NCBI GenBank assembly: GCA_943330925.2
Contig: CALQJP020000001.1
Location: 1 to 35,448, forward strand
Direction: 5' to 3'
Length of the DNA stretch: 35,448 bases
Source of the DNA: Chryseobacterium gleum
GTDB taxonomy: Bacteria > Bacteroidota > Bacteroidia > Flavobacteriales_D > Sanyastnellaceae
Below, piece by piece: positions 15,104 to 24,499 of this stretch (position 1 is its first letter; every line of letters begins with the position of its first letter). The notes under the pieces are model-generated. The model was not told the DNA's origin. It did no database searches and was given only the letters and a program-made list of their open reading frames with translations. The position numbers and the translations under genes are program-made.

Positions 15104-15820
15104 ATGAAAACGCTCTCTATTGTCATTCCTGCCTACAACGAAGGAAGAACCATCCACTTTATCCTGGATAAGGTGAAGGCCGTTAAGTTGATTGGCGGTC
15201 TGGAGAAGGAAGTCATTATTGTGAATGACTGCTCGAAAGACGACACAGAGGAGGCCATTAAGCGCTATCAGGTGGCCAATCCGGAAATGCCTATTCAGTA
15301 TTTCAAGCACGAGGTGAACCAAGGCAAGGGCGCTGCTCTTCACACCGGAATTCGCATTGCAACGGGTGATATGGTGATTATTCAAGATGCCGACCTGGAG
15401 TATGATCCGGAGGAATACAACATACTTGTGAAACCCATCCTGGATGGCTTTGCAGATGTCGTATACGGCAGCCGATTTATGGGCGGACGTCCGCACCGCA
15501 TTCTGTTTTTCTGGCATACCATCGGAAACAAGTTCCTCACGTTTTTGAGCAATGCCATGACCAATCTGAACCTCACCGACATGGAAACCTGCTACAAGGT
15601 TTTCAAGCGTGAGACCATTCAAAGTTTGCCACTGCGCGAGAAGCGTTTCGGTTTCGAGCCGGAGGTCACAGCGCGCATATCACGCATTTCCAAAATTCGC
15701 ATTTACGAGGTGGGTATTTCTTATTACGGCCGCACCTACGAAGAAGGTAAGAAGATCGGATGGAAAGATGGTTTCCGTGCGATTTACTGCATTGTGAAAT
15801 ACAATGTTTTTAGTAAATAG
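15104..15820 (+). CDS. Family-2 glycosyltransferase, polyprenyl-phosphate sugar synthase-like (DPM1/ArnC/GtrB type)
   Basis: [17 protein letters not shown]..., [11 protein letters not shown], the DxD motif in [11 protein letters not shown], and a size of about 238 aa. Confidence 0.8.
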   Translation: MKTLSIVIPAYNEGRTIHFILDKVKAVKLIGGLEKEVIIVNDCSKDDTEEAIKRYQVANPEMPIQYFKHEVNQGKGAALHTGIRIATGDMVIIQDADLEYDPEEYNILVKPILDGFADVVYGSRFMGGRPHRILFFWHTIGNKFLTFLSNAMTNLNLTDMETCYKVFKRETIQSLPLREKRFGFEPEVTARISRISKIRIYEVGISYYGRTYEEGKKIGWKDGFRAIYCIVKYNVFSK

Positions 15821-15899
15821 TGAAGGAGTGAAAGGGTGAAATAGTGAAACTGTTTCACTACTTCACCCTTTCACCCTTTCACCCTTTCACCCTTTCACC
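15820..15899. terminator. Near-perfect hairpin of about 30 bp plus CCTTTCAC 8-mer tandem repeats between convergent genes
   Basis: GTGAAGGAGTGAAAGGGTGAAATAGTGAAAC (15820-15850) pairs with GTTTCACTACTTCACCCTTTCACCCTTTCAC (15852-), with about 3 mismatches. CCTTTCAC recurs four times up to 15899. Confidence 0.55.
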
Positions 15900-15902
15900 G
15901 AC

Positions 15903-18041
15903 TTACGATCGCGCGTGCTTCAAGGAATAGAACGTCACGAACGCATAGCCCAGCGCCAGCATGATGTGAAATGGAAGCAGTCCGAAATCGCGTGCACGCG
16001 GAGCCGCACCTCCATAACAGCCGTAACTTTTTTCGAGCGATGTGCCTTCTGCATTGCGAATCGTAGTGCCCGCAAGGCTTTGGTCATCCTTGGCTAAAAT
16101 ATTGTGAATGTCGCCTTTATTCATGAGCACAGTGTAGGGCTGATTAGCCGGTGATCCATTGAACAGTTCGGTGGTAGGCGTAACCGTTACAACAGTGCTG
16201 TCGGCAGTGGCCAGCAACGACACTTCGGTAATGGATTCGCTCTTGCTGAATCCGGTCGGAACCGAATAGGCAGTTTCAAACGCCACAGCCGGACGAATCA
16301 TTTGAGCTTCATCGACCGCTTTCGCATCCTTCAGCAACTCAAGTTTAACAGGCTCATTGCTCACCCAATGCATCGTGCCGACGAAGAAAGCGTTGTCGCT
16401 TGGAGTGGCAACCGAGTCAACCGGTAAATTGAGTGTGATAGGTTCGTTTGCTTTCCAGTTGACAGTTTTTTTCCAGCCCGTAAGCTTGGATTCTATGATG
16501 CCGCTTCCGGAGGTAGCGGAGGTAATACGCAATGCGTGACCGGGCTTACCCGGCTTGTCGTCGCCGCTGAAGTAGGTGAACCAAAACTCTTCGCCTGAAG
16601 TGGCTGAGCTGGCTGCCGACAGTTGTGTCAACGGTTGTTCACGTCGGCCTGTCATGGTGAATGCGTAGTAAATACCGAAACTGAAGTAAAGGAACAAGGT
16701 GAACTCCAACAGGGTGAGGGGCGATACTTTGATAGCCCTGTATTTCTTGTCTTTCCATGTGCCCGATGTTTTGCCGCTGATGGCGAATTTCGGCGTGCGA
16801 ACAAAGGAAGATTTTTTACCCGTGAATCCTTCGATTACTGCAACGGCATTGTGCAGTGAAAGCCCCATGCTCACCGATAAAAACGTCGGATATTCCCAAA
16901 GGAAGCTGACCATCTTTTTGAAGAAGTTTTTTTCGGGGCGTGAAATCCAGTAGAAAAAGCCAAGGAAAAAGAAGCTGACCATGAATACCGTTGCGATTTT
17001 GAAGAGGATTTCCAAATCGCCGTATGTGTTTTTGATAATCAGCATGGGTACACTCAGCAGGGAGGTTCCCAGAATACAGAGGAACACCACCGAGTTCATC
17101 AAGTGAAATGCTCCGTGCACCTTTTGACCGAAGGTGAGGTGTTTGGCATTCAAAACCTTCTTGAGGTTTTTCACCGTGCATTCTGCGGCGCCTTTGGTCC
17201 ATCGGAATTGTTGCGCTTTCAGGGCGTTCATCTCGGCGGGCAATTCGGATGGTGCGCCTATCATGGGCAAATAGACGAATTCCCATCCACGCAGTTGGGC
17301 GCGGTAGCTTAGGTCGAGATCTTCGGTGATGGTATCGCTTTCCCAACCGCCTGCATCGTAAATGGTGGCTTTGCGCCATACGCCCGCTGTACCATTGAAG
17401 TTGATGAAGTGAGCACCGTTGTTGCGGCCTACTTGCTCCACCGTGAAGTGTGCATCGAGTCCAAATGCTTGCAAGCGTGTGAGCAACGAATACTCTTCGT
17501 TTAAGTGTTCCCATTTAGTTTGCACTACACCGATTTTATCGCTGTGAAAGAAATGCGGAATGGTTTGCAATAGGAAGTCTTTGCGCGGAATAAAGTCGGC
17601 GTCGAAAATGGCCACAAATTCGCCTCGGCAGATGTCGAGACCGTATGCCAGAGCGCCTGCTTTGTATCCTTCGCGCTTAGGGCGTTTTACGTGTTTGATG
17701 TCGATACCCAGCTTTTGCATTTCTGCAATTTTTTTCGCAGCAACATCGAAACTTTCATCGGTGCTGTCATCGAGTACTTGTATCTCCAGTTTACCGGCAG
17801 GGTATTCAAACTGGCAAATGGCTTCTATCAGGCGCTCAACCACATAGAGTTCGTTGAAAACAGGCAGTTGCACGGTAACCACAGGCCACTGATCGTCGGC
17901 AAGCTGTGGTTTACGCTTCTGAAATTGTCTGAATTTGGTGTATTTGATAGCCAAATTGAGTTGCACCAAGCTGTAGATGAAAAGGAACATCAGGAAACAG
18001 CCGTATAGGAAGATGGCAACGATGGAAAGATGGTATAACAA
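15903..18041 (-). CDS. Processive family-2 glycosyltransferase (CslA/cellulose-synthase-like) with a soluble domain of about 220 aa inserted before the last TM helix
   Basis: Carries the D, DxD, TED and QxxRW motifs (LDDSTD, FDADF, ITEDLDLS, QQFRWTKG) and several TM helices. The insert spans roughly residues 465-684. The start appears to be TTG at the complement of 18039-18041, with no upstream in-frame ATG. Confidence 0.8.
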   Translation of the reverse strand: MLYHLSIVAIFLYGCFLMFLFIYSLVQLNLAIKYTKFRQFQKRKPQLADDQWPVVTVQLPVFNELYVVERLIEAICQFEYPAGKLEIQVLDDSTDESFDVAAKKIAEMQKLGIDIKHVKRPKREGYKAGALAYGLDICRGEFVAIFDADFIPRKDFLLQTIPHFFHSDKIGVVQTKWEHLNEEYSLLTRLQAFGLDAHFTVEQVGRNNGAHFINFNGTAGVWRKATIYDAGGWESDTITEDLDLSYRAQLRGWEFVYLPMIGAPSELPAEMNALKAQQFRWTKGAAECTVKNLKKVLNAKHLTFGQKVHGAFHLMNSVVFLCILGTSLLSVPMLIIKNTYGDLEILFKIATVFMVSFFFLGFFYWISRPEKNFFKKMVSFLWEYPTFLSVSMGLSLHNAVAVIEGFTGKKSSFVRTPKFAISGKTSGTWKDKKYRAIKVSPLTLLEFTLFLYFSFGIYYAFTMTGRREQPLTQLSAASSATSGEEFWFTYFSGDDKPGKPGHALRITSATSGSGIIESKLTGWKKTVNWKANEPITLNLPVDSVATPSDNAFFVGTMHWVSNEPVKLELLKDAKAVDEAQMIRPAVAFETAYSVPTGFSKSESITEVSLLATADSTVVTVTPTTELFNGSPANQPYTVLMNKGDIHNILAKDDQSLAGTTIRNAEGTSLEKSYGCYGGAAPRARDFGLLPFHIMLALGYAFVTFYSLKHARS

Positions 18042-18181
18042 AGCGCGTGGTTTTGGTGATTTACAAGGCTGTAAAAATAGTGCGTTGGGGGTATGAAGGC
18101 ATCATGTGAATTCAGAGATTTTCATCGTGCTTTGAACAAGTTGCAGCCATTACAAGATGCCCTTTGAGTCCATGAACCGAT

Positions 18182-18189
18182 TAATTTTG
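18182..18189 (+). promoter_or_regulatory. Candidate -7 box (TAATTTTG) upstream of the LptF/G-like gene
   Basis: Exact TAnnTTTG match, 4 nt upstream of the GTG at 18194. An in-frame TAA at 18182-18184 excludes a longer ORF. Confidence 0.3.
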
Positions 18190-18193
18190 TGAG

Positions 18194-19627
18194 GTGAATA
18201 AATTGTCGGTTCTCCTGCTGCGCAGCTACATAGGTCCGTTCATAGTTACCTTCACGGTGGCTATGTTCATCTTTGAGATGCAGTTCATTTGGGTGTATCT
18301 CGACGAGCTATTGGGTAAAGGATTGGGCGGTTGGGTGATATTCAAATTGCTCATTTTCGCTTCGGCTCGTCTGGTAAACATGGCCTTGCCGCTTGCCATT
18401 CTGATGAGTTCTATTATGACAATGGGCGCATTGGCCGAGAACAATGAGATGACGGCCATGAAAAGTTCAGGCGTCTCTTTGTTGCGTATGATGCGACCGC
18501 TCATTTTCTTCAGTATCGGCCTTTCAATGCTCGCTTTTGTTTTTGCCAATAATCTGTGGCCGGTCGCCAATCTGAAGTTCCGGACCATGTTGTTCAGCAT
18601 ATTGAAACAAAAGCCTGCACTCAACCTCACCGACGGAGTTTTCTACAACGGCATCGAAGGCGTGAGCATTCGCGCAGGTCGCAACAACACGGATACAGGC
18701 GAGCTTACTGACGTGCTCATATATGATCATCGGGGCGGTGAAAAGGCCAATCGTACCGTAATCAGAGCCAAGAGCGGCAAAATGGAGCAAACGCCCGATA
18801 AGCGATACCTGGTGCTATCGCTTTTTGACGGACATAGCTATGATGAACAGCGCGATAAGAAGGTGCGTGAGCCTAAACACGCACTCATTGAAGGGCAGTT
18901 TGAGCGGATGGAATTGCGCATGGACTTGAGTTCGCTCGCATTCAGTGCCGACAATGAGGAGGTGATGAAGAATCCTGCCGAGATGATGAGTGTGAATCAG
19001 CTCGAACAGGCCATCGATAGCCTCAACACAATAATCGATACCGTGCAGTATCAATATGCACAAAACACGTTGCGATTGACGAAAAAACGCTTGGAAGCAA
19101 CCGAGACCAGTGCATCGGTTCCGGAGACAGGGCTTTTCGATTCGCTCGATGCCGGTGATAGAAATAAAGCGCTTTTATGGGCGAAAGAGAATACGCGCAA
19201 GTCGAAAGATTTGCTGCAACGTCAGATAGATGAGTTAAAGGCGCGACAAAAGAATTTGAACCGACATAAAATTGAATGGCACCGCAAGTTTTTTTTAGCG
19301 GTGGTGTGCATTGTCCTTTTCTTTATTGGAGCTCCGCTGGGGGCCATCATTCGAAAGGGAGGCTTGGGAATTCCAACCCTTATTGCGCTCGGGTTGTTTG
19401 TTGTCTATCAATTGCTCACGATGGCGGGCGAGCGAATGGCGAAGAATCAATTTATCGAACCCTGGTTGGGCATGTGGATAAGCACTGTGGTGTTGTTGCC
19501 TATGAGCATCTGGATAACACGCAAGGCCATGAATGAATCTGCCTTGCTCGAAAAATCGCCTATATCGCGATGGTTCACTAAAATTGCACGTTTTTACAGA
19601 ATGAAAACGAAGGAGTTCACTGCATGA
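18194..19627 (+). CDS. LptF/LptG-family (YjgP/YjgQ) permease
   Basis: The N-terminus (M)NKLSVLLLRSYIGPFIVTF matches the family. It has three N-terminal TM helices, a periplasmic domain, and C-terminal TM helices after KIEWHRKFFLAVVCIVLFFIGAPLG. Confidence 0.75.
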   Translation: MNKLSVLLLRSYIGPFIVTFTVAMFIFEMQFIWVYLDELLGKGLGGWVIFKLLIFASARLVNMALPLAILMSSIMTMGALAENNEMTAMKSSGVSLLRMMRPLIFFSIGLSMLAFVFANNLWPVANLKFRTMLFSILKQKPALNLTDGVFYNGIEGVSIRAGRNNTDTGELTDVLIYDHRGGEKANRTVIRAKSGKMEQTPDKRYLVLSLFDGHSYDEQRDKKVREPKHALIEGQFERMELRMDLSSLAFSADNEEVMKNPAEMMSVNQLEQAIDSLNTIIDTVQYQYAQNTLRLTKKRLEATETSASVPETGLFDSLDAGDRNKALLWAKENTRKSKDLLQRQIDELKARQKNLNRHKIEWHRKFFLAVVCIVLFFIGAPLGAIIRKGGLGIPTLIALGLFVVYQLLTMAGERMAKNQFIEPWLGMWISTVVLLPMSIWITRKAMNESALLEKSPISRWFTKIARFYRMKTKEFTA

Positions 19628-20826
19628 AGATTTTGCAATTGTGTTTGAAGCCCCCGCTACCCGCCCGCGACGGTGGATGCATTGCCATGAATAATGTGAC
19701 ACAAGGATTGCTGCAGGCCGGTCATAAGGTGAAGGTGCTCACCATTTTCACTCACAAACACGATTTGAATCCGGAGCTAATGCCCGACGAGTATGTTGAG
19801 CAAACCGGTATTGAAGGCGTTTTTATCGATACGCGAGTGAATGCGGTTGAGGCGCTTGCCAGTTTTCTCACATCCGACTCGTATAATATTTCCAGGTTTT
19901 TCAGTACCGATTTTGATATACGACTTAGCAAGTTGCTGCGTAAAGAGGATTTCGATGTTATTCACCTCGAGAGTCTTTTCATGACGCCTTATGTGGGAAC
20001 CATTCGCCGATTGAGTACATCACCTATTGTGCTTCGATCGCACAATCTGGAATTCGTTATCTGGGAAAAAATTGCTGCAGGTACTTCCAGTTTTTTGAAG
20101 GGTACGTATTTAAAGTACTTGACCCGTAAGTTGAAGTCTTACGAGTTGAGTATGCTCAATGAAGTGAGCGGCATTGCTGCTATCAGCGAAGAGGATAAGA
20201 ACAGGATGCTGGCTTTGGGTATTAAGAAACGCATTCGGACCATACCCTTTGGTGTCGATTTGAATCAGTATCCTTACAATCCCGAAGCTCCCTCAGAGGT
20301 TGCCTTATTTCATTTGGGAGCCATGGATTGGGGGCCAAATCTGGAGGGTGTTTTGTGGTTCTTGAAATCGATTTGGCCATCGGTTCATGAGCGCTTCCCT
20401 CAGTTGAAATTCTATTTGGCCGGCAGAAATATGTCGGATGAAATAGCGCGATTGAATTTAGTCAACGTGGAGGTAGTAGGTGAGGTGGAGAGTGCCGTTT
20501 CATTCATGCAGTCGAAGGCAATCATGATTGTGCCACTGCTCAGTGCAGGGGGTGTTCGCGTGAAGATTATCGAAGGTCTCGCAATGGGCCGCGCCGTTAT
20601 TTCTACCTCACTCGGAGCGGAAGGACTGGATTGCGAGCACGGCAAACAATTGTTGCTTGCCGACCGCAGAGAAGATTGGCTGGAAGCGATAGAAACACTG
20701 GTGCACGATGAGGTGGCTCGCAAGTCGATGGCCTTGGAAGGACGAAATCATGTTGCAGCCCATTTCGATATAGCTGCCGTAACCAATCAGTTGGTCAACT
20801 TTTACAAGGAAATACGCAAGGGATGA
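19624..20826 (+). CDS. Family-4 (GT-B fold) glycosyltransferase
   Basis: 400 aa beginning MKILQLCLKPPLPARDGGCIAMNN. The C-terminal half has the EX7E-like region ...GGVRVKIIEGLAMGRAVIST. Its ATG overlaps the upstream stop as ATGA at 19624-19627. Confidence 0.8.
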   Translation: MKILQLCLKPPLPARDGGCIAMNNVTQGLLQAGHKVKVLTIFTHKHDLNPELMPDEYVEQTGIEGVFIDTRVNAVEALASFLTSDSYNISRFFSTDFDIRLSKLLRKEDFDVIHLESLFMTPYVGTIRRLSTSPIVLRSHNLEFVIWEKIAAGTSSFLKGTYLKYLTRKLKSYELSMLNEVSGIAAISEEDKNRMLALGIKKRIRTIPFGVDLNQYPYNPEAPSEVALFHLGAMDWGPNLEGVLWFLKSIWPSVHERFPQLKFYLAGRNMSDEIARLNLVNVEVVGEVESAVSFMQSKAIMIVPLLSAGGVRVKIIEGLAMGRAVISTSLGAEGLDCEHGKQLLLADRREDWLEAIETLVHDEVARKSMALEGRNHVAAHFDIAAVTNQLVNFYKEIRKG

Positions 20827-22001
20827 AAATCTGCATGATTGTAAGTCGCGTGCCTTGGCCCTTGGAAAAGGGCGATAAGCTCCGGGCTTACCATCAGTTG
20901 AAGCATTTGTCGAAGCATCATGAAGTGCATTTGATTTGCCTGTCGGATGGTCGGGTTGATGCCAACGCCATCCAACAATTGCAAACGCTCACACCACACA
21001 TAACGGTGTTCCAATTGAGCCGTTGGAAAATGGTCTTTCGTATTGTTATGGCTTTCTTTTCGAGCAAACCATTTCAGGTGCATTACTTCTATGACAGGGT
21101 AATATCCAAAAAGGTGAAGCACTTGATAGATGATATGGTACCCGATGCCATTTATTGCCAACTCATCCGCTGCAGCGAGTATGTGAAACATCTGCATGAC
21201 TATGTCAAAACGCTTGATTACATGGATGCACTCAGTGCCGGTCAGCATCGAAGGGCTGTGCGAGCCCCTTGGTATCTCGCGCCATTCGTAAAGGAGGAAG
21301 CCAGACGTCTTACTGCATACGAGCATTTGATTTTTGATTACTTCGAACATCATACGATTATCAGCGAACAAGATCGAAAGCTCATTTACCATTCGCAATG
21401 CGAACGCATTGAGGTAGTGCCCAACGGCATCGATGCGGAGTATTTTAAGCAAGACATAAAGCCATCGAAAACCTATGACATCGTTTTTACCGGCAACATG
21501 AGTTATCCGCCGAATGTAGAGGGAGCTCGCCGATTGGTTCATTCCATTTTACCGCTGGTTCGCAAGCATCTTCCCGGTGTGAAATTGTTGCTGGCGGGAG
21601 CTAATCCTTCTGCAGCTGTTCGCGCGTTGGAGGGCAATGGTGTTGTGGTGAGTGGTTGGCTCGATGATATACGCACCGCCTACAACGATGCCCGTGTATT
21701 TGTGGCGCCCATGCAATCGGGTAGTGGTATGCAAAACAAACTGCTGGAAGCTATGTGCATGGAGCTGCCCTGTGTCACTACGTCGCTTGCAGCAGCGCCG
21801 CTGGGTGTGACACATGCCATAGAGTGCTGCATCGGTCAAACCGATGAGGAATTGGCGAATCATGTGGTGAGCCTGTTAGAGAATCCGCTTCTTGCCCGTC
21901 AAATGGGTGAAACAGGACGTCGCTATGTACAGAAAAAATTTGACTGGTCGGCTGCCGTTCGAATACTCGAAAGCCGTTGTTTTGAGTCGAAGAATTCTTA
22001 A
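20823..22001 (+). CDS. Family-4 (GT-B fold) glycosyltransferase
   Basis: 392 aa beginning MKICMIVSRVPWPLEKGDKLRAYHQLKHL, with ...GSGMQNKLLEAMCMELPCVTT. It shares an ATGA overlap with the upstream GT4 at 20823-20826. Confidence 0.8.
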   Translation: MKICMIVSRVPWPLEKGDKLRAYHQLKHLSKHHEVHLICLSDGRVDANAIQQLQTLTPHITVFQLSRWKMVFRIVMAFFSSKPFQVHYFYDRVISKKVKHLIDDMVPDAIYCQLIRCSEYVKHLHDYVKTLDYMDALSAGQHRRAVRAPWYLAPFVKEEARRLTAYEHLIFDYFEHHTIISEQDRKLIYHSQCERIEVVPNGIDAEYFKQDIKPSKTYDIVFTGNMSYPPNVEGARRLVHSILPLVRKHLPGVKLLLAGANPSAAVRALEGNGVVVSGWLDDIRTAYNDARVFVAPMQSGSGMQNKLLEAMCMELPCVTTSLAAAPLGVTHAIECCIGQTDEELANHVVSLLENPLLARQMGETGRRYVQKKFDWSAAVRILESRCFESKNS

Positions 22002-22048
22002 TGTTTTAGGGCGGAATTCGTATTTTTCGGGAAACAATTGCCGTCTCT

Positions 22049-24499
22049 ATGAATCGCCTGCTTGCAATCTCAGCTTTAATCTTTTTATGTGGAAAAGCAT
22101 ATGCTCAACCTGCGCAGCGTGCATTCCATGGGTGCCATCATGCGCACAACAAAAGCCGCCGTGTGGAGCCTTTGTCGGAGCGGGAATTGCAGGTCATGAA
22201 TGAGAGCATTGCCCGCAGCGATACGTTCGATATCTTGAATTACACCATCAACCTGGATGTTTCCAATTACGCATCGTACAGCATTGCTGCAGCGACCACC
22301 ATTCATTTCGCTGCATTGATGGACGGACTTCAATCCATTCGCTTCGATTTATACGATTTAACAGTCGACTCGGTGTATTGGGCGGAAGCCCCTGCATCGT
22401 TTTCATACGATGGAAATATTCTAACCGTGCAAGCACCCGTCGAAATGAATACTGCAGACAGTGCGTCGGTTGTCGTTTATTACCGCGGTCAGCCTTATCA
22501 AGATCCGGTTTGGGGAGGTTTTTATTTTCAGGCCAGTTATATCTACAACCTCGGAATTGGATTAAGCACCATTCCGCCGAATTTCGGCAGAGTATGGTAT
22601 CCGTGCTTCGATTCATTCGTGGAGCGAGCTACCTACGAATACCATGTGAAGAGCGCCGGTGGTCTTCGTGCCCACTGTCAGGGCACTTTCTTGGGTGAAA
22701 CGGTAGTGGCAGGCGACACGATTATTCGATCATTTGCTTTCAACCAACCCATACCAACTCACTTGAGCGCCATTGCCGTTGCTGCATACCAGGATGTGGA
22801 TTATGTGCACGCCGGTGCGTTTGGGGATGTACCTGTTCGCCTAACGGCCAAAGCTTCGAATATCGGTGCAATGCAAAATGTGATGGTCAATGTGGGTGCT
22901 GCAATCGATGCATTGCAATACTGGTATGGACCTTATATCTGGGAGCGCGTCGGTTATGTGCTCACAACGGATGGAGCACTCGAAATTCCAACCAACATAG
23001 CTTACCCTCAGTTTATGGTCAACGAGTCGGTCATCAGCAATAACAACTTGCTGGCACACGAGCTGGGGCACCATTGGTGGGGTGATGTGGTAACGCCGCA
23101 CATCCACAACGACATGTGGCTGAAGGAAGGCCCTGCGGAATATAGCTCGCATCTATTGACCGAGTGGCTCTCCGGTGAAGCAGATTTTGTGGATCAGGTG
23201 AAGACCAATCACCTCGACGTCTTGCGCAACGCACACATCGACGACAATGGCTTTCAACCGATGTCGCCAATGCCCGATCCTGTTATCTATGGCACCCACA
23301 CCTATTACAAGGGAGCATCAGTTATGCATAATTTAAGAGCGTATCTGGGTGATGAGCTTTTCCGGGCGGCAATGACAGAGGTGCAGGCCAACCATGTTTT
23401 TGTAGATGTAACACCGGAGCAGTTTCGTGATTTCCTGGAGCAGGAATCGGGAGTTGATTTAGATGATTTTTTTGATGATCAGATTTTTCAGCCCGGGTTC
23501 AGCGTCTTCGTTGTCGACTCATTTTCTGTTGTGCCCGAAGGAAATCAATTTTTGGTGAGTGTGCACCTTCAGCAAAAGCTGCGTGAATGCCCGCAGTTCT
23601 ATCAGCACGTACCCATCGATGTAACGTTTATCTCTGCCGACAACCAGCGAGAGGAAGTGCAAATCGATGCAAGTGGGCAGTTTACGAACGTTCAGTTGCC
23701 TTGCGGTTTTCAGCCGGCGATGGTGGTGTTGAATGGCCACAACCACTTGAACCAGGCGCGCATGGATCATGAGTTTATGGTATACAGCGATCAGTCGCTC
23801 TACCCGGTATTGCCGTATGTAGATTTTCGTTTTTCACGCGAGAATGTGGTTGACTCTTCGTTGGTGCGAATTGAGCATATTTGGGCAGCACCCGATCAGC
23901 AGCCGCTGGGCAACGGCGTGTTTGAAATTTCGAATACACACTATTACTTGGTGGATGGTTTGTGGGATGCAAACGATTTATACAGCGGACGCATCTATTA
24001 CAACGGTTCGCAGGAAACGGATTTAGATTATACACTCTACAGCAGCGGCGAACAGCAAGCCATTTTGCTTTATCGCAGTTCTTCAGCTGATGCATGGGAG
24101 ATTTATCCTGACTTCACATTGGGCACTGGTTCATTGGCGAACGGCGATGGTCATTTTGTGATTGATACATTGCGCCGCGGGCAGTATGCCTTTGCCAACG
24201 GAGATATTTTCGCTGGCCTGGAGGCTCCGCAGTATCAAGATGCTATTGCATTGAATTGCTATCCGACACCGGCCAATCAACAGATGGATGTAGCGGGTTT
24301 TGCTGAAGGCGAAGGAGTCGCTTTGTTTGATGTGTATGCAATGAACGGACGACTCGTGCAGCGATCGTCGGCCCGATTGAACGGTGCTTTCACGAAGCGT
24401 ATCGATACCTCTTCGTTGGGTTCAGGAAACTACATTTTGCAAGTAACACGTGCGAGTGGCGATGTGCTCGGCGTGAAGCAATTTGCAGTTGCTCGTTGA
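22049..24499 (+). CDS. M1-family zinc metallopeptidase (aminopeptidase N-like) with a T9SS type A C-terminal sorting domain
   Basis: Signal peptide MNRLLAISALIFLCGKAYAQ, the HEXXH motif in HELGHHWWGD, and the downstream Zn ligand in WLKEGPAEY. The C-terminal ~80 aa (NCYPTPANQQMDV...GNYILQVT...) fits the Por secretion tail. Confidence 0.85.
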   Translation: MNRLLAISALIFLCGKAYAQPAQRAFHGCHHAHNKSRRVEPLSERELQVMNESIARSDTFDILNYTINLDVSNYASYSIAAATTIHFAALMDGLQSIRFDLYDLTVDSVYWAEAPASFSYDGNILTVQAPVEMNTADSASVVVYYRGQPYQDPVWGGFYFQASYIYNLGIGLSTIPPNFGRVWYPCFDSFVERATYEYHVKSAGGLRAHCQGTFLGETVVAGDTIIRSFAFNQPIPTHLSAIAVAAYQDVDYVHAGAFGDVPVRLTAKASNIGAMQNVMVNVGAAIDALQYWYGPYIWERVGYVLTTDGALEIPTNIAYPQFMVNESVISNNNLLAHELGHHWWGDVVTPHIHNDMWLKEGPAEYSSHLLTEWLSGEADFVDQVKTNHLDVLRNAHIDDNGFQPMSPMPDPVIYGTHTYYKGASVMHNLRAYLGDELFRAAMTEVQANHVFVDVTPEQFRDFLEQESGVDLDDFFDDQIFQPGFSVFVVDSFSVVPEGNQFLVSVHLQQKLRECPQFYQHVPIDVTFISADNQREEVQIDASGQFTNVQLPCGFQPAMVVLNGHNHLNQARMDHEFMVYSDQSLYPVLPYVDFRFSRENVVDSSLVRIEHIWAAPDQQPLGNGVFEISNTHYYLVDGLWDANDLYSGRIYYNGSQETDLDYTLYSSGEQQAILLYRSSSADAWEIYPDFTLGTGSLANGDGHFVIDTLRRGQYAFANGDIFAGLEAPQYQDAIALNCYPTPANQQMDVAGFAEGEGVALFDVYAMNGRLVQRSSARLNGAFTKRIDTSSLGSGNYILQVTRASGDVLGVKQFAVAR

